From: an uncultured delta proteobacterium
GTDB lineage: Bacteria; Desulfobacterota; Desulfomonilia; UBA1062
Direction: 5' to 3'
Length of the DNA: 64,000 bases
Assembly (NCBI GenBank): GCA_963785235.1
Contig: CAWAUM010000001.1
Location: 256,001 to 320,000 of the forward strand
A program made the position numbers and the translations under genes. This document shows, piece by piece, positions 41,302 through 51,378 of this stretch (the first letter of the stretch is position 1; every line of letters begins with the position of its first letter). The notes under the pieces were generated by a model. That model saw only the letters and a list, made by a program, of their open reading frames with translations. It ran no database searches and was not told the origin of the DNA.

Positions 41302-41886
41302 TTACCAGTATCGTATGCGGCCCACATCCACGTGGATGAAGTCGGAGTCCGGATAGTAACCCACTCCCCCGCCCTTCAGGTCAACCGCGCAGCGCCTTAG
41401 TGAGGACAGGCTGTATCCCGGCAGGCGGATATCCGCCGCTTTCCCCAGCATGTGGAGGCTGTGACCGGCTACGCCGTTGCTGTTCTTGTGCATGCGGGCG
41501 TTCGTGGCAGGGGAACGGTAGCCGGAGATTATGTGCAGCTTATCGCGAGACCCGGTGCTGTTGTGAAGGTCATGGAGCAGATCGAGAAGGCCGGTGTCGA
41601 TGGGCAGGATCTCTTCAGTGCGGAAGTCCCTGAGGATATGGTTGATCTCACAGAGTGCATCGGAAACATATTCGCCCTTGATCCAGTATGCTGTCTTGAG
41701 TGTTTCTCCCGTGTGCAGGTTGTAGAGTGCCAATGTCCGTTCAGGCGATTGTGGCGCCTGTATGGCCCCCAGAAGGGTGTGGGGGAACATGCTTGCGCCC
41801 AGCGCCATCGCCCCTGCCTTCAGGAAACCGCGGCGGCAGACTTTGTGTTCCAGAGCCTTGTGCATAATCGACTGATGTTTCTTCAT
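41302..41886 (-). CDS. YcbK/MepK-like (DUF882, M15) peptidoglycan endopeptidase with a Tat signal
   Basis: CRRGFLK Tat motif; LYNLHTGE, ISGYRSPATN, SLHMLGKAAD and GGVGYYP..FIHVDVG motifs. Confidence 0.9.
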   Translation of the reverse strand: MKKHQSIMHKALEHKVCRRGFLKAGAMALGASMFPHTLLGAIQAPQSPERTLALYNLHTGETLKTAYWIKGEYVSDALCEINHILRDFRTEEILPIDTGLLDLLHDLHNSTGSRDKLHIISGYRSPATNARMHKNSNGVAGHSLHMLGKAADIRLPGYSLSSLRRCAVDLKGGGVGYYPDSDFIHVDVGRIRYW

Positions 41887-42155
41887 TGTTCCTCTTACAG
41901 GGGATAAATACCGAACATGCCCATGTCTTGTCAACCCGATCGGTCCAGTGGGCAGTTCGCTGTCCCTGTGTTTTCTTGGCTGTTCACCATCCCATCGTCA
42001 TAAAACGAAAAGGACTTAAGCCGGCAGGCATGTGGAAAACAATTTCGATCACTATGAGTTTTATGCCTATGGCACTCCTGAAATGTATAGATATAGAGTG
42101 CTTATGGGCACATCCAATTGCAGAATCCGGCTTAAAAAACCGGTATGACTCCTAT

Positions 42156-42181
42156 CTATCTCCGACGTCTATCTCCGACGT
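42156..42181. repeat. 13-bp tandem duplication spanning a stop codon
   Basis: CTATCTCCGACGT occurs twice in tandem at the 3' end of the DUF853 gene. Confidence 0.7.
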
Positions 42182-43637
42182 CCTCCGAAGAGCGAACCGA
42201 GCACACCTCGAATGATCTGCCTGCCGATCTGGCTGCCGATGGCATGGGAGGCGCTTTTTGCCATTGCCGCAAAGAGGTCTCCGGCCTGGGATTGCTCTTT
42301 GGGCGCCGGTTGACGCTCTAAACGGGACGCTTGTGCTTCTTTCTCATCCGGCTCCGCGCCGGCCTTGAGCTTTTCATACGCCGATTCCCTGTCGATGATC
42401 TTCTCATAGTGGCCATAGATCACCGATCCTTTTATTATCCCGAGCCTTTCTTCCGGGGTCAGAGGAGTCAACCGGCTGTGAGGGGGGCAGATGAAGGCCC
42501 GTTCCACGATTGTCGGCGCCCCTTTCTCATCCAATACCGAGACCAGGGCTTCGCCCACTTCAAGCTCGGTGATGGCCTTTGCCACGTCCAGCTTGGGATC
42601 GGCGCGGAACGTTTCAGCAGCGGCCTTTACGCTTTTCTGATCCCTGGGAGTAAAGGCCCGCAGGGCATGCTGGACCCGGTTCCCCAGTTGCCCGAGAATG
42701 GTCTCCGGCAGATCGAGGGGATTCTGGGTGATGAAATAAACCCCCACACCCTTGGAGCGGATGAGGCGGACGACCTGCTCGATCTTTTCGGTCAGGACCT
42801 TCGGTGCATCGTCGAAGAGCAGGTGGGCTTCGTCGAAAAAGAACACTAATCCGGGTTTCTCCGGGTCCCCCACCTCGGGGAGCGTCTCGAACAGCTCGGA
42901 GAGCATCCAGAGCAGGAAGGTGGCATAAAGCTTGGGGGATTGCATCAGCTTATCGGCGGCGAGGATATTGATGACCCCTTTCCCCTTGGCGTCCGTCTGC
43001 ATGAGGTCCTGAAGATTCAGGGCGGGCTCTCCGAAGAACTTGTCCCCTCCCTGTTCCTCGAGGGACAAGAGGCCTCGCTGGATGGCGCCGATACTGGCGG
43101 CGGAGATGTTTCCGTACTGGGTCTTGAACTGTTCCGCCTGATCGCCCACAAACTTGGAGCATGGACCGCAGGTCTTTCAGATCGAGCAGGAGAAGGCCGT
43201 TGTCATCGGCGATCTTGAATACGAGGGTAAGGACGCCGCTCTGAATTTCATTGAGCATCAGGATGCGGCTGAGAAGCAGCGGGCCCATGTCGGAAACGGT
43301 GGTGCGAACCGGATGGCCCTGCTCCCCGAAGACATCCCAGAAGGCCACAGGGAATCCCTCGAAAGCTGAAATCTTTGAGGCCCAATTTCTGGATCCGCTC
43401 TTTTACCTTGGGGTTTTCGCCGCCGGGAAAAGGCAGCCCGGAGAGGTCGCCCTTCACATCCGCCATAAAAACCGGCATCCCGATGGCGCTGAACTGTTCG
43501 GCCAATGTCCGCAGGGTGATCGTTTTTCCCGTGCCCGTTGCCCCGGCTATAAGTCCATGGCGGTTGGCCATTTTGGGGATGATGGCAATTTCCGAGTGTG
43601 CCTTGGCAATCAGGAGAGGATTAGGATTTGTGCCCAT
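42169..43637 (-). CDS. DUF853/YjgR HerA-like P-loop ATPase, two apparent +1 frameshifts (~43155, ~43363)
   Basis: [50 protein letters not shown] and RLIRSKGVG motifs across three ORFs. Confidence 0.88.
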
Positions 43638-43774
43638 CTTGACCTCCTCAATTCTTCATAGGGAATATATAAGGGAAGAGAGAACCAAGTCAACGCAGTA
43701 GATCGCTCTGCAAGTATTCATCCTCTTTGTGGTTTCAGGTGTTGCCAAACGAGGCACTCAAGATCCGGATAAGG

Positions 43775-43810
43775 AAAAAGCCCGGGAACCATGCTGATTC
43801 CCGGGCTTTT
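43775..43810 (-). terminator. Terminator downstream of the tRNA pair (bidirectional-type)
   Basis: AAAAAGCCCGGGAA-loop-TTCCCGGGCTTTT. Confidence 0.8.
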
Positions 43811-43814
43811 AAAC

Positions 43815-43890
43815 TGGTAGTCCCAAGGGGAATTGAACCCCTGTTTACGGCGTGAGAGGCCGTTGTCCTAGGCCACTAGACGATGGGACC
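43815..43890 (-). tRNA. tRNA-Glu (CTC)
   Basis: GGTCCCA...ACGGC-CT-CTC-AC-GCCGT...GGTTCAATTCC...TGGGACT-A-CCA cloverleaf. Confidence 0.95.
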
Positions 43891-43901
43891 GCACACTACT
43901 C

Positions 43902-43975
43902 TGGCTGGGGGACTAGGATTCGAACCTAGATAAACGGAGTCAGAGTCCGCTGTCTTACCGTTGGACGATCCCCCA
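43902..43975 (-). tRNA. tRNA-Gln (CTG)
   Basis: TGGGGGA...GCGGA-CT-CTG-AC-TCCGT...GGTTCGAATCC...TCCCCCA-G-CCA cloverleaf. Confidence 0.95.
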
Positions 43976-44179
43976 GTGCATCTAGCTCTTCTAACGGCTG
44001 AACAAAGGCTTGTCAAGGTGTTTTTCTCTTGTCGTTATTCCGGTTGGAGCATGTCCTGGAGCGGCTTTAAAGACATTTCAGGCATGGAGCTTGCTCGTTA
44101 ATGGGAAATGATTAATCTCCATGCTAGGATTTGAGCAAAAGACCTTGTATTGCTCATTAGTCAATGTTATTCAAATTAT

Positions 44180-45400
44180 ATGACCATCAAGGACGACAAA
44201 CTCTATATCGTGATGGTGGGTCTGCCTTCCCAGGGCAAATCCACCGTGGCCTATCGGATGCAGGACATCTTCAAGAAGAACTCCATCCCCACCATGATCT
44301 ACAACAATGGGGAGTTGCGGAGGAAGTACGCGCCTGCAGACACCTGGATGTCAAGCTTCTACAACCCCCAGAATCAGGAGGCCATGGAGCTGAGAAGAAA
44401 GTTTGCCCTCATGAACATGAAACGCGCAAGGCAATACCTGAAGAATAAAGGCCATGTGGCCATACTGGACGCAACGAACGTCAGCCGGTCCAGGCGCAAG
44501 CTGATCGAGGAGAACCTGAAGGACCACCCCATACTCTATATCGAGTGCATCAACAATGATGAGGATATCGTGAATGTAAGCATCAGCCACAAGGTGCGCG
44601 TGCCGGAATTTTCAATGCTCAGCGAAGAACTGGCGGTTAAGGAATTCAAGAAGAGGATTGAATATTACCGGATGATCTATGATCCCCTTCATGCGGAGCG
44701 GAATTTTATTTCCATGGACACCCTGCACAACCGGGTTCTGTCCGAGCAGATCGAAGATCAGCTCCCACTCTATTCCCGCATCAGAGACTGCCTGGTGACC
44801 GATGTAGTGAAAAGTCTCTTCCTCATCCGTCACACCGAGACCTTCTTCAATGTGGAAGACCGCATCGGCGGCGACCCGGACCTCACCCCCAGGGGAAGGG
44901 AACAGGCAAATGCCCTTGGCCGGTTTTTCAGGAACAAGAAGATATCCTACATCTTCACGAGCGAGAAGAAACGGACAATCCAGACGGCCAAGGCCATCAA
45001 GGCCCTCCAGCATGATTGCACTATCGTGCGTCTGGGAGAGTTTAACGAGATCCATGCAGGTATCTGCGAGGGCATGACCTATGACGAGATCCAGCGTTTC
45101 AAGCCTGATATCCATTCCGCCCGCAAGGCGGACAAGTACAACTATGTCTACCCTGATGGAGAGGGTTACGGCACCATGAAGGAGCGGATCAAGATGGGCA
45201 TTAAAAAGGCCTTCTATCTGAATCAGAGGCCCGACAACATCATGATCATCGGTCATAGGGCTGTTAACCGCATGATCCTCTCGCACTTTCTGTACCGCAG
45301 GGAAGAGGATGTGCCCTACATCTACATACCCCAGGACAAGTTCTACCATATTGTGGCAACCCAGGATCGAAAGGTGTTCGAGCTGAATAAGTACGAGTAG
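44180..45400 (+). CDS. Bifunctional 6-phosphofructo-2-kinase/fructose-2,6-bisphosphatase-like protein
   Basis: Kinase half: IVMVGLPSQGKS, NNGELRR, AILDATN..RSRR, FKKRIEYY. His-phosphatase half: LIRHTET..N...RIGGD..L, NEIHAGICEGMTYDEI, DKYNYVYPDGE.Y, GHRAVNR. Confidence 0.85.
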   Translation: MTIKDDKLYIVMVGLPSQGKSTVAYRMQDIFKKNSIPTMIYNNGELRRKYAPADTWMSSFYNPQNQEAMELRRKFALMNMKRARQYLKNKGHVAILDATNVSRSRRKLIEENLKDHPILYIECINNDEDIVNVSISHKVRVPEFSMLSEELAVKEFKKRIEYYRMIYDPLHAERNFISMDTLHNRVLSEQIEDQLPLYSRIRDCLVTDVVKSLFLIRHTETFFNVEDRIGGDPDLTPRGREQANALGRFFRNKKISYIFTSEKKRTIQTAKAIKALQHDCTIVRLGEFNEIHAGICEGMTYDEIQRFKPDIHSARKADKYNYVYPDGEGYGTMKERIKMGIKKAFYLNQRPDNIMIIGHRAVNRMILSHFLYRREEDVPYIYIPQDKFYHIVATQDRKVFELNKYE

Positions 45401-45411
45401 GTATCAGGGGC

Positions 45412-46440
45412 TCAGGTAGCCTTTTCCATGGATTCAAGCGTCTTGACCATGGTGGATGCAGTTTCAAAATCAGGGTTGATTTTCAGGGCATTAATAAAGC
45501 ATTCCTTTGCCAGAAGGTTTTCTCCCATTTCGAGATAGGCCCTGCCCATGTTGAAGTGGATATTCTCATCGTTCGGATCGATCTTCACTGCCTTCTGATA
45601 AACCTTCACGGCATCTCCATGCCGGTTCTGTCTCCGATAGATTATCCCCAAGCTGTTGTATACGTTCGTGGTATCTGGGTTCAGCGAGATGATTTCATTG
45701 AAGATGCCCTCTGCCTTTTCATGCATGTCGCGCTCTAAAAAGATCTCGCCTGCCAGATTGAGATATTTTTCAGCCATAGCGTTGTCGCCCATCTTTACAA
45801 AGACTTCTGCCATGGCTTGGTAGGCCTTGGCGAACAGTTGGTTGATCTGGGTGGCCTTCCTGAAGGCTGCGATGGCATCATCATATTCGGATTTTGCAGT
45901 ATGGATGTACCCGATGTTGTAGTAGACCTCGGCCGATTCCAGAATGGCCAGGATGCTCTGATATTCCTTTATTGCGAGATCGAACAGACCTGCCTTTGTA
46001 TAGGTATCGCCCTTAACCAGGTAGGCCTTTGCCTTCTTGGTGGACGGGGTCATGTCGAATTCCAGGATCCGGTTTATCTTTTTATCAAGAATATCCATGC
46101 TGAGCGGTTCCACTAGGATGGCATTGACCCCGGATTCTCCGGCCTTGATGACATCACTGCGTGTTATCTCGGCAGTCCACAGGATAACGGGCGTATCCGA
46201 ATATTGTGAATCCGAGCGGATAAGTCTCAGCAGGGCCATGCCGTTCATCTCGGGCATATGCCACTGGGCAATGACAACACCGGGATTAACCCTTTTCTTC
46301 ATGATATCCCATCCGCCTGGCCCGTCATCGGCATGATCCATAGTGGTGAAGCCGAGCTTTGTCAGCATGGTTGATACGTTCTTGTGAAAGAAGGTGTTGG
46401 GTCCAATGATAAGGATTCGAATCCCTGGGGCGTTTGCCAT
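45412..46440 (-). CDS. Pseudo-receiver + TPR repeat protein
   Basis: REC-like fold (QWHMPEMNGMALLRLIR..TPVILWTA) followed by TPRs (AEVYYNIG, NVYNSLGIIY, NIHFNMGRAY); start MANAPG after AGGAGG. Confidence 0.85.
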   Translation of the reverse strand: MANAPGIRILIIGPNTFFHKNVSTMLTKLGFTTMDHADDGPGGWDIMKKRVNPGVVIAQWHMPEMNGMALLRLIRSDSQYSDTPVILWTAEITRSDVIKAGESGVNAILVEPLSMDILDKKINRILEFDMTPSTKKAKAYLVKGDTYTKAGLFDLAIKEYQSILAILESAEVYYNIGYIHTAKSEYDDAIAAFRKATQINQLFAKAYQAMAEVFVKMGDNAMAEKYLNLAGEIFLERDMHEKAEGIFNEIISLNPDTTNVYNSLGIIYRRQNRHGDAVKVYQKAVKIDPNDENIHFNMGRAYLEMGENLLAKECFINALKINPDFETASTMVKTLESMEKAT

Positions 46441-46451
46441 AGATGATCCTC

Positions 46452-47485
46452 CTAGAAACGTCTGGTTAAGCCGATGCAGGCATGAGAGCTCTTCTGTTTG
46501 ATCTTTGCATTGATGGTAATCCCGGAGCCTGTATCGTTGCCGGAAGTAGCAGGGTCGTCTCCATACCAGTACTGATCCATATGGCCTTCCGTATCGATCC
46601 TGGTAAAGGCGTACCTGAGGAGATGAACCAGTTGCCGGTGATCTTGAAGAGACTTGAAAACGAGGCTTGATAGCCTGTCCCTGAAGTGGACGTGTATGAG
46701 ACCCGGTTGCGTTTGAGATGCTCGTCCTCATCCTTTGCATAAACAAGGGGGAGCGCGCAGGCCTCAAGGGTGATGATGAAAGTGTCTTCGATCCTGGTCT
46801 TCAGGGCAAGACCTAGGGAAAATATATTATAGTTCACCGAGTAGATAGATGTAGGCCCTGATATGTTGCCTGTCTGGTTCTCCCAGGGGCCATACCCGAC
46901 CTGGCGTGTGTTGTAAGCCCTGTAATCAAATTCCTCAAACCGGTAGCCGGCGGTAAAACCCCCAGAGATGAACCTGGTGCGCAATGGGAAGATACGCGAT
47001 TGAAGGGCACATAAGAGTACCTTGGAATCGAGGTCATTTTCCGAATAGATATCCACACCGGCATGGGTTTGCGCTCCCCTTTCATCGAGGTAATCGAAGT
47101 CCTTCATGGGGTTGTGATTCGACACCCAAGGTGTTGCAGCGATGCTGAACTCAGCTTCAAAGATGTCACGGGCCCACAGACCGACCCTGATGCCGATGGT
47201 CCTTGCATCCATGGGCCACTCTAGTTTGCTGCGGCCACCATTGAAGGTCGTTAGATTAGAGCTCTTCCCTGTTATGTCGACGGCTTCAAGCGAGATAGTG
47301 CCTTGATATTCAAAAGCATGAACAGATGAGTATAAAGATACAACCGTGAGCACCGAAAAAATCAGGACAAGGAATGAAAGCGATAAGGATTTTAGCCCCT
47401 TGTACACTAGTAGTCTTCCACTGTTTTCAGAAGGGATGGACTTGGTCTGCGTTGTTGTATGCGCCGATGTATAATCCTGATTCAA
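46452..47485 (-). CDS. Omptin-like outer-membrane beta-barrel protease, apparent -1 frameshift near 46613
   Basis: Hydrophobic N-terminal segment; RSKLEW, MKDFDY and KDEDEHLKR motifs. The alternative frame continues YAFTRIDTEGHMDQYW...HACIGLTRRF*, ending in the C-terminal Phe typical of OMPs. Confidence 0.6.
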
Positions 47486-47589
47486 TCTTAATTCCGCTAA
47501 TTCTTTTTATACAAGGGTTAGCATGATCGGTTTTTGTCAGGCAAGAAGATTTGTAGGTTGAAGCGCCCTGATATCAATAATACAAGGAT

Positions 47590-49647
47590 TTGATTTTCAT
47601 GTCCCGGATTCCGATAAGAAGCCAAGTGAGCACATATCGGTCAGATGAAATATCAATTGATCATATTCGACAGATCACAGAATCTTGTCGGGATACGATA
47701 GAAAAAGACCACAAGGACGTCGAGGACCGATATCGAGCACTCTTCGAACGGTCCCTCTTTTATGTCTATGTGCATGACTTCGATGGTAATTATATTGATG
47801 CAAACAAGACCACACTGGATACCCTGGGCTATACCTTGGACGAGCTCAAGGGGCTTCAATTCAGATCGCTCATCACGAAGGATCAGTATCCCCTTGCGCG
47901 TAAGGTCCTTGAAGAGATCATGAACAATGGTACCCAGGAGGGGTTGAGTGAGTTTACGCTCACCAGGAAAGACGGTACAACGCTTACCATTGAATCCAAT
48001 GGCGCGCTTATCTTCCATGGCGGCAAGCCCTATGCCATCCAGGGTGTGGCAAGGGATATAACCGAGCGAAAGCTGGCTGAAGAAGCCCTGAAGGAGAGCG
48101 AAAACAGGTACCGCACCGTTTTCGAGAACGTCAGTGACTTCCTCATCATCCATGAACTGAACGGTACCATCATGGAGACCAATATCGCATCGATTCAAAG
48201 CAGCGGGTACACATCAGACGACTTCAAGGGCATGAACATACGAGACCTTATCCCGGTAAAGTACCGGGATGGATTCAATGAATATCTGCATAGGGTTGTG
48301 GAAAACGGCCGTGACGAAGGGCTCCTGCGCGTCAGGACAAAAGACGGTGATGACAAGATTGTGGAATACAGGAACGTCCTTATCCGCCATATGGACGCAA
48401 GCCCGTGGTATATCCAGGGATCGGCCAGGGACATCACCGAGCAGGTCAAGGCGCAGAAGGCACTGAAGGAGAGTAAAGAGAAGTACCGGAATATCATTGA
48501 AAACATGCAGGAGGGCTATTTCGAGGTGGATCTGGCCGGCAGCTTCACCTTCTTCAACCATGTCATATGCGACAACCTCGGCTATACCGCCGAAGAGCTT
48601 GCCGGAATGAACTACCAGGACTACATGGATGAAGAGAATGCCCGGAAGGTCTTTGATCAGTTTCACCAGGTCTTCCGGACGGGCAAGTCCATCAAGGCCT
48701 TTGAGTGGGAGCAGATACGAAAGAACGGCAACCCCATGTATGTTGAGGCATCCATCATGCTCATCAGGAACGCACGGGGAGATCCGGAAGGATTCCAAGG
48801 CATTGTCCGCGACATCACCGAGCGCAAGGAGGCTGAGAATGAGCGGGTCCGTCAGGAGCTGCGCCTCTTGCAGGCCCAGAAGATGGAGGCCATCGGTACG
48901 CTGTCCAGCGGCATAGCCCATGACTTCAATAACATGCTCTCGGGCATCATGGGATACGGCGAGCTGCTCAATCGTGAACTGGAAGCCGGCAGCCGTACAC
49001 GTGCATACTGCGAGCAGATCCTCAGTGCGAGCATGCGGGCGCGGGACCTTGTTGCGCAGATCCTCTCGTTCAGTCGATCATATAAGGCCGTCAGAGAGCC
49101 TGTAGAGATATATCCCCTCGTGGAGGATGCACTCAAGCTCCTTCACGCAAGTATACCCACAACCATCGAGATTGTGAGCTCCATTGACACCCATTCAGGA
49201 ATGGTCTGCGGCGATCCCACGGAGATACACCAGATCGTCATGAATCTCTGCATGAATGCCTTCCATTCAATGGAAAAAAAGGGCGGGGTCTTAAGGGTGG
49301 ATATGTATCCCATGATCCTTGATGGGCATTTCATTGCACGCTATCCCAGGCTTAATAACGGCCCTCATGTGGTGCTCTCGGTGAGTGATACGGGGTGCGG
49401 TATTGATGAGGAGACCAGAAAGCATATCTTCGAGCCTTTCTTCACCACCAAGGAGCAGGGAAAAGGCACGGGGCTGGGCCTGGCTACGGTCCATCGCATC
49501 GTGAGCGCCCTCAATGGCGAGATCACCCTTGAGAGCACCTTGAACAAAGGGAGCACCTTCACTATCTACCTGCCGTGCGTCAGCCAGGGACAGAAAGAGG
49601 CCCGGGTGAAGCATCCGGATTCCGAATCAGACATTGCCAGCAGTTGA
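47590..49647 (+). CDS. Three-PAS histidine kinase (no REC)
   Basis: PAS repeats; [25 protein letters not shown] and GTGLGL motifs. Confidence 0.92.
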   Translation: MIFMSRIPIRSQVSTYRSDEISIDHIRQITESCRDTIEKDHKDVEDRYRALFERSLFYVYVHDFDGNYIDANKTTLDTLGYTLDELKGLQFRSLITKDQYPLARKVLEEIMNNGTQEGLSEFTLTRKDGTTLTIESNGALIFHGGKPYAIQGVARDITERKLAEEALKESENRYRTVFENVSDFLIIHELNGTIMETNIASIQSSGYTSDDFKGMNIRDLIPVKYRDGFNEYLHRVVENGRDEGLLRVRTKDGDDKIVEYRNVLIRHMDASPWYIQGSARDITEQVKAQKALKESKEKYRNIIENMQEGYFEVDLAGSFTFFNHVICDNLGYTAEELAGMNYQDYMDEENARKVFDQFHQVFRTGKSIKAFEWEQIRKNGNPMYVEASIMLIRNARGDPEGFQGIVRDITERKEAENERVRQELRLLQAQKMEAIGTLSSGIAHDFNNMLSGIMGYGELLNRELEAGSRTRAYCEQILSASMRARDLVAQILSFSRSYKAVREPVEIYPLVEDALKLLHASIPTTIEIVSSIDTHSGMVCGDPTEIHQIVMNLCMNAFHSMEKKGGVLRVDMYPMILDGHFIARYPRLNNGPHVVLSVSDTGCGIDEETRKHIFEPFFTTKEQGKGTGLGLATVHRIVSALNGEITLESTLNKGSTFTIYLPCVSQGQKEARVKHPDSESDIASS

Positions 49648-49735
49648 TGCCTTTCCACAGATTGTGCGTTTAAGAAGAGGAAAAAAACTGATCCGTTAAA
49701 AACTTGGTCTGTTAATTATGTATACATCCAAGCGA

Positions 49736-50503
49736 TTAAGACCTCCTGGTCATTCCCGCACCGCACACAGGGCATCCCTGCATGGATAAGGGCTGTTCCA
49801 GATGGCACTCCTCAAGGAGGGCGTCGTCCTGGAAGATATCCGCAGTCAAACCGTCCGAGCGAATCCGCCCGCCGAACAGGATGATGGTGCGGGGGCACAG
49901 ATCAAGCACCAGGTCCAGGTCGTGGGTAGCGATGATCTTGGTGTGGGTGAACTCCTTCAGGATCGCGATGATCTGCCTGCGGCCCAGGGGGTCGAGCCCG
50001 GTGGTTGGTTCGTCCAGCACGAGGATGTCGGGCGTCATGGAGAGCACCGTAGCTATGGCGGCCCTTCGCTTCTCCCCGGCCGAGAGCCTGTAGGGGGGCT
50101 TGTCCTTCAGGTGTGCGATGCCGAGGCGCTCCAGGGCATCTTTCACCCTTACCTCCACCTCTTCCCGGGGAAGGCCAAGATTGAACGGTCCGAAGGCCAC
50201 GTCATCGAAGACCGTGGGCATGAAGAGTTGATCGTCCGGGTCCTGGAAGATCATGCCCACGGTGCGTCTGACCTCGCGCAGAGTGTCTTTGGTGAGCGGG
50301 TAATCTCCTATGCGCACAATGCCTGTTGTGGGGGTGAGGTAGCCGTTTAAATGGTGCAGCAGGGTGGATTTACCTGCGCCATTGGGGCCCACGATAGCGA
50401 CCGACTCCCCGTGGGTGATGCGAAGGCCGATGTTATCAAGGGCCTTTGTCCCGTCCGGATAGACATGGGTGAGCCCCTTCACCTCGACGATGTGGTGGCT
50501 CAT
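49736..50503 (-). CDS. ECF-type Ni/Co transporter ATPase (NikO/CbiO)
   Basis: GPNGAGKST, FQDPDDQLF, LSAGEKRR and LDEPT motifs; ATGA overlap with the T component. Confidence 0.92.
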   Translation of the reverse strand: MSHHIVEVKGLTHVYPDGTKALDNIGLRITHGESVAIVGPNGAGKSTLLHHLNGYLTPTTGIVRIGDYPLTKDTLREVRRTVGMIFQDPDDQLFMPTVFDDVAFGPFNLGLPREEVEVRVKDALERLGIAHLKDKPPYRLSAGEKRRAAIATVLSMTPDILVLDEPTTGLDPLGRRQIIAILKEFTHTKIIATHDLDLVLDLCPRTIILFGGRIRSDGLTADIFQDDALLEECHLEQPLSMQGCPVCGAGMTRRS

Positions 50504-51312
50504 GATATCCCACCCATGATAAGTTTCCCCAGGACCTGGGGTAGATTGACAATCCTTAAGCCCATGAAGAGCAGGCACCAGAAGATCGTGAATGCTATGT
50601 CGGCCCTGCCGATACCCAGGGGTCTACGCAAGGGGAACTCGCCGGTGAAACCACGGGAGAGCATGGCCATATGGATGCGCTGCGCCCTGTGCCAGGTCCG
50701 AAGCAGAAGATGGCCTAAGAGGGAGCCATATACCCTGATGCCGAGACTCTGTCCGCCTACAGCCCGTAACTCCCTGGCCCTGGCCATTTGTACGCCCTCC
50801 GAGGTGAGTACAAAGATATACCGGTAGAGCATCATAAGTTGGACACTGAAGGCCTTAGGCACATGAAAACGCTCCAGGGCCATGCAGATTCCATTAAACC
50901 CGGTCACGGCAATGAGGATAAGTGCTGCGAGCACGGTCAGGGTAAACCGGATGAGGATCGAGACAAAGGAAACGACGCCGCCTGAAACGTGCAGTGTCCC
51001 CAGGGAAAACAGGATATGCCGGTCGTAGATGGGATTGAAAACGCCGATGAGCACGGCAAAGGGCAGGCCGAAGAGCAACTTTTTCACCAGGTAGCGTGCC
51101 GGTATCCGGGCAACAGGGATGATGACCGCAGGAAAGAAGAAAAAGGGGATGAGCCCGGAAACCTCGTATTTATTATATGATACGACACATGCCACGAAGA
51201 CAACAAAGGTGATGAGCTTGGCTCTGGGGTCGATGCGGTGCACCGGGCTGTCCATGCATGACAGGGTGTCGATGTAATTCAGGTCATAAAAGGTTCGGGC
51301 TATTTCAGCCAT
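50500..51312 (-). CDS. ECF-type Ni/Co transporter T component (NikQ/CbiQ)
   Basis: SPVHRIDPRAKL, YRYIFVL..E...M.RAR..R and AMLSRGF motifs. Confidence 0.92.
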   Translation of the reverse strand: MAEIARTFYDLNYIDTLSCMDSPVHRIDPRAKLITFVVFVACVVSYNKYEVSGLIPFFFFPAVIIPVARIPARYLVKKLLFGLPFAVLIGVFNPIYDRHILFSLGTLHVSGGVVSFVSILIRFTLTVLAALILIAVTGFNGICMALERFHVPKAFSVQLMMLYRYIFVLTSEGVQMARARELRAVGGQSLGIRVYGSLLGHLLLRTWHRAQRIHMAMLSRGFTGEFPLRRPLGIGRADIAFTIFWCLLFMGLRIVNLPQVLGKLIMGGIS

Positions 51313-51378
51313 GGCGTTGTGAATAGAGGTGCAGGGGAATCCTGAAGACTTCCCCTTATGGGTTCATGTGAAGGAATG

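Noticed and set aside
43700-44150. Integrative element at tRNA-Glu or tRNA-Gln
   Set aside because: No integrase or duplicated tRNA 3' end; a normal terminator directly follows the tRNAs.
45412-46767. 451-aa version of the REC-TPR ORF
   Set aside because: The N-terminal extension overlaps the omptin-like gene; the RBS supports a start at 46440.
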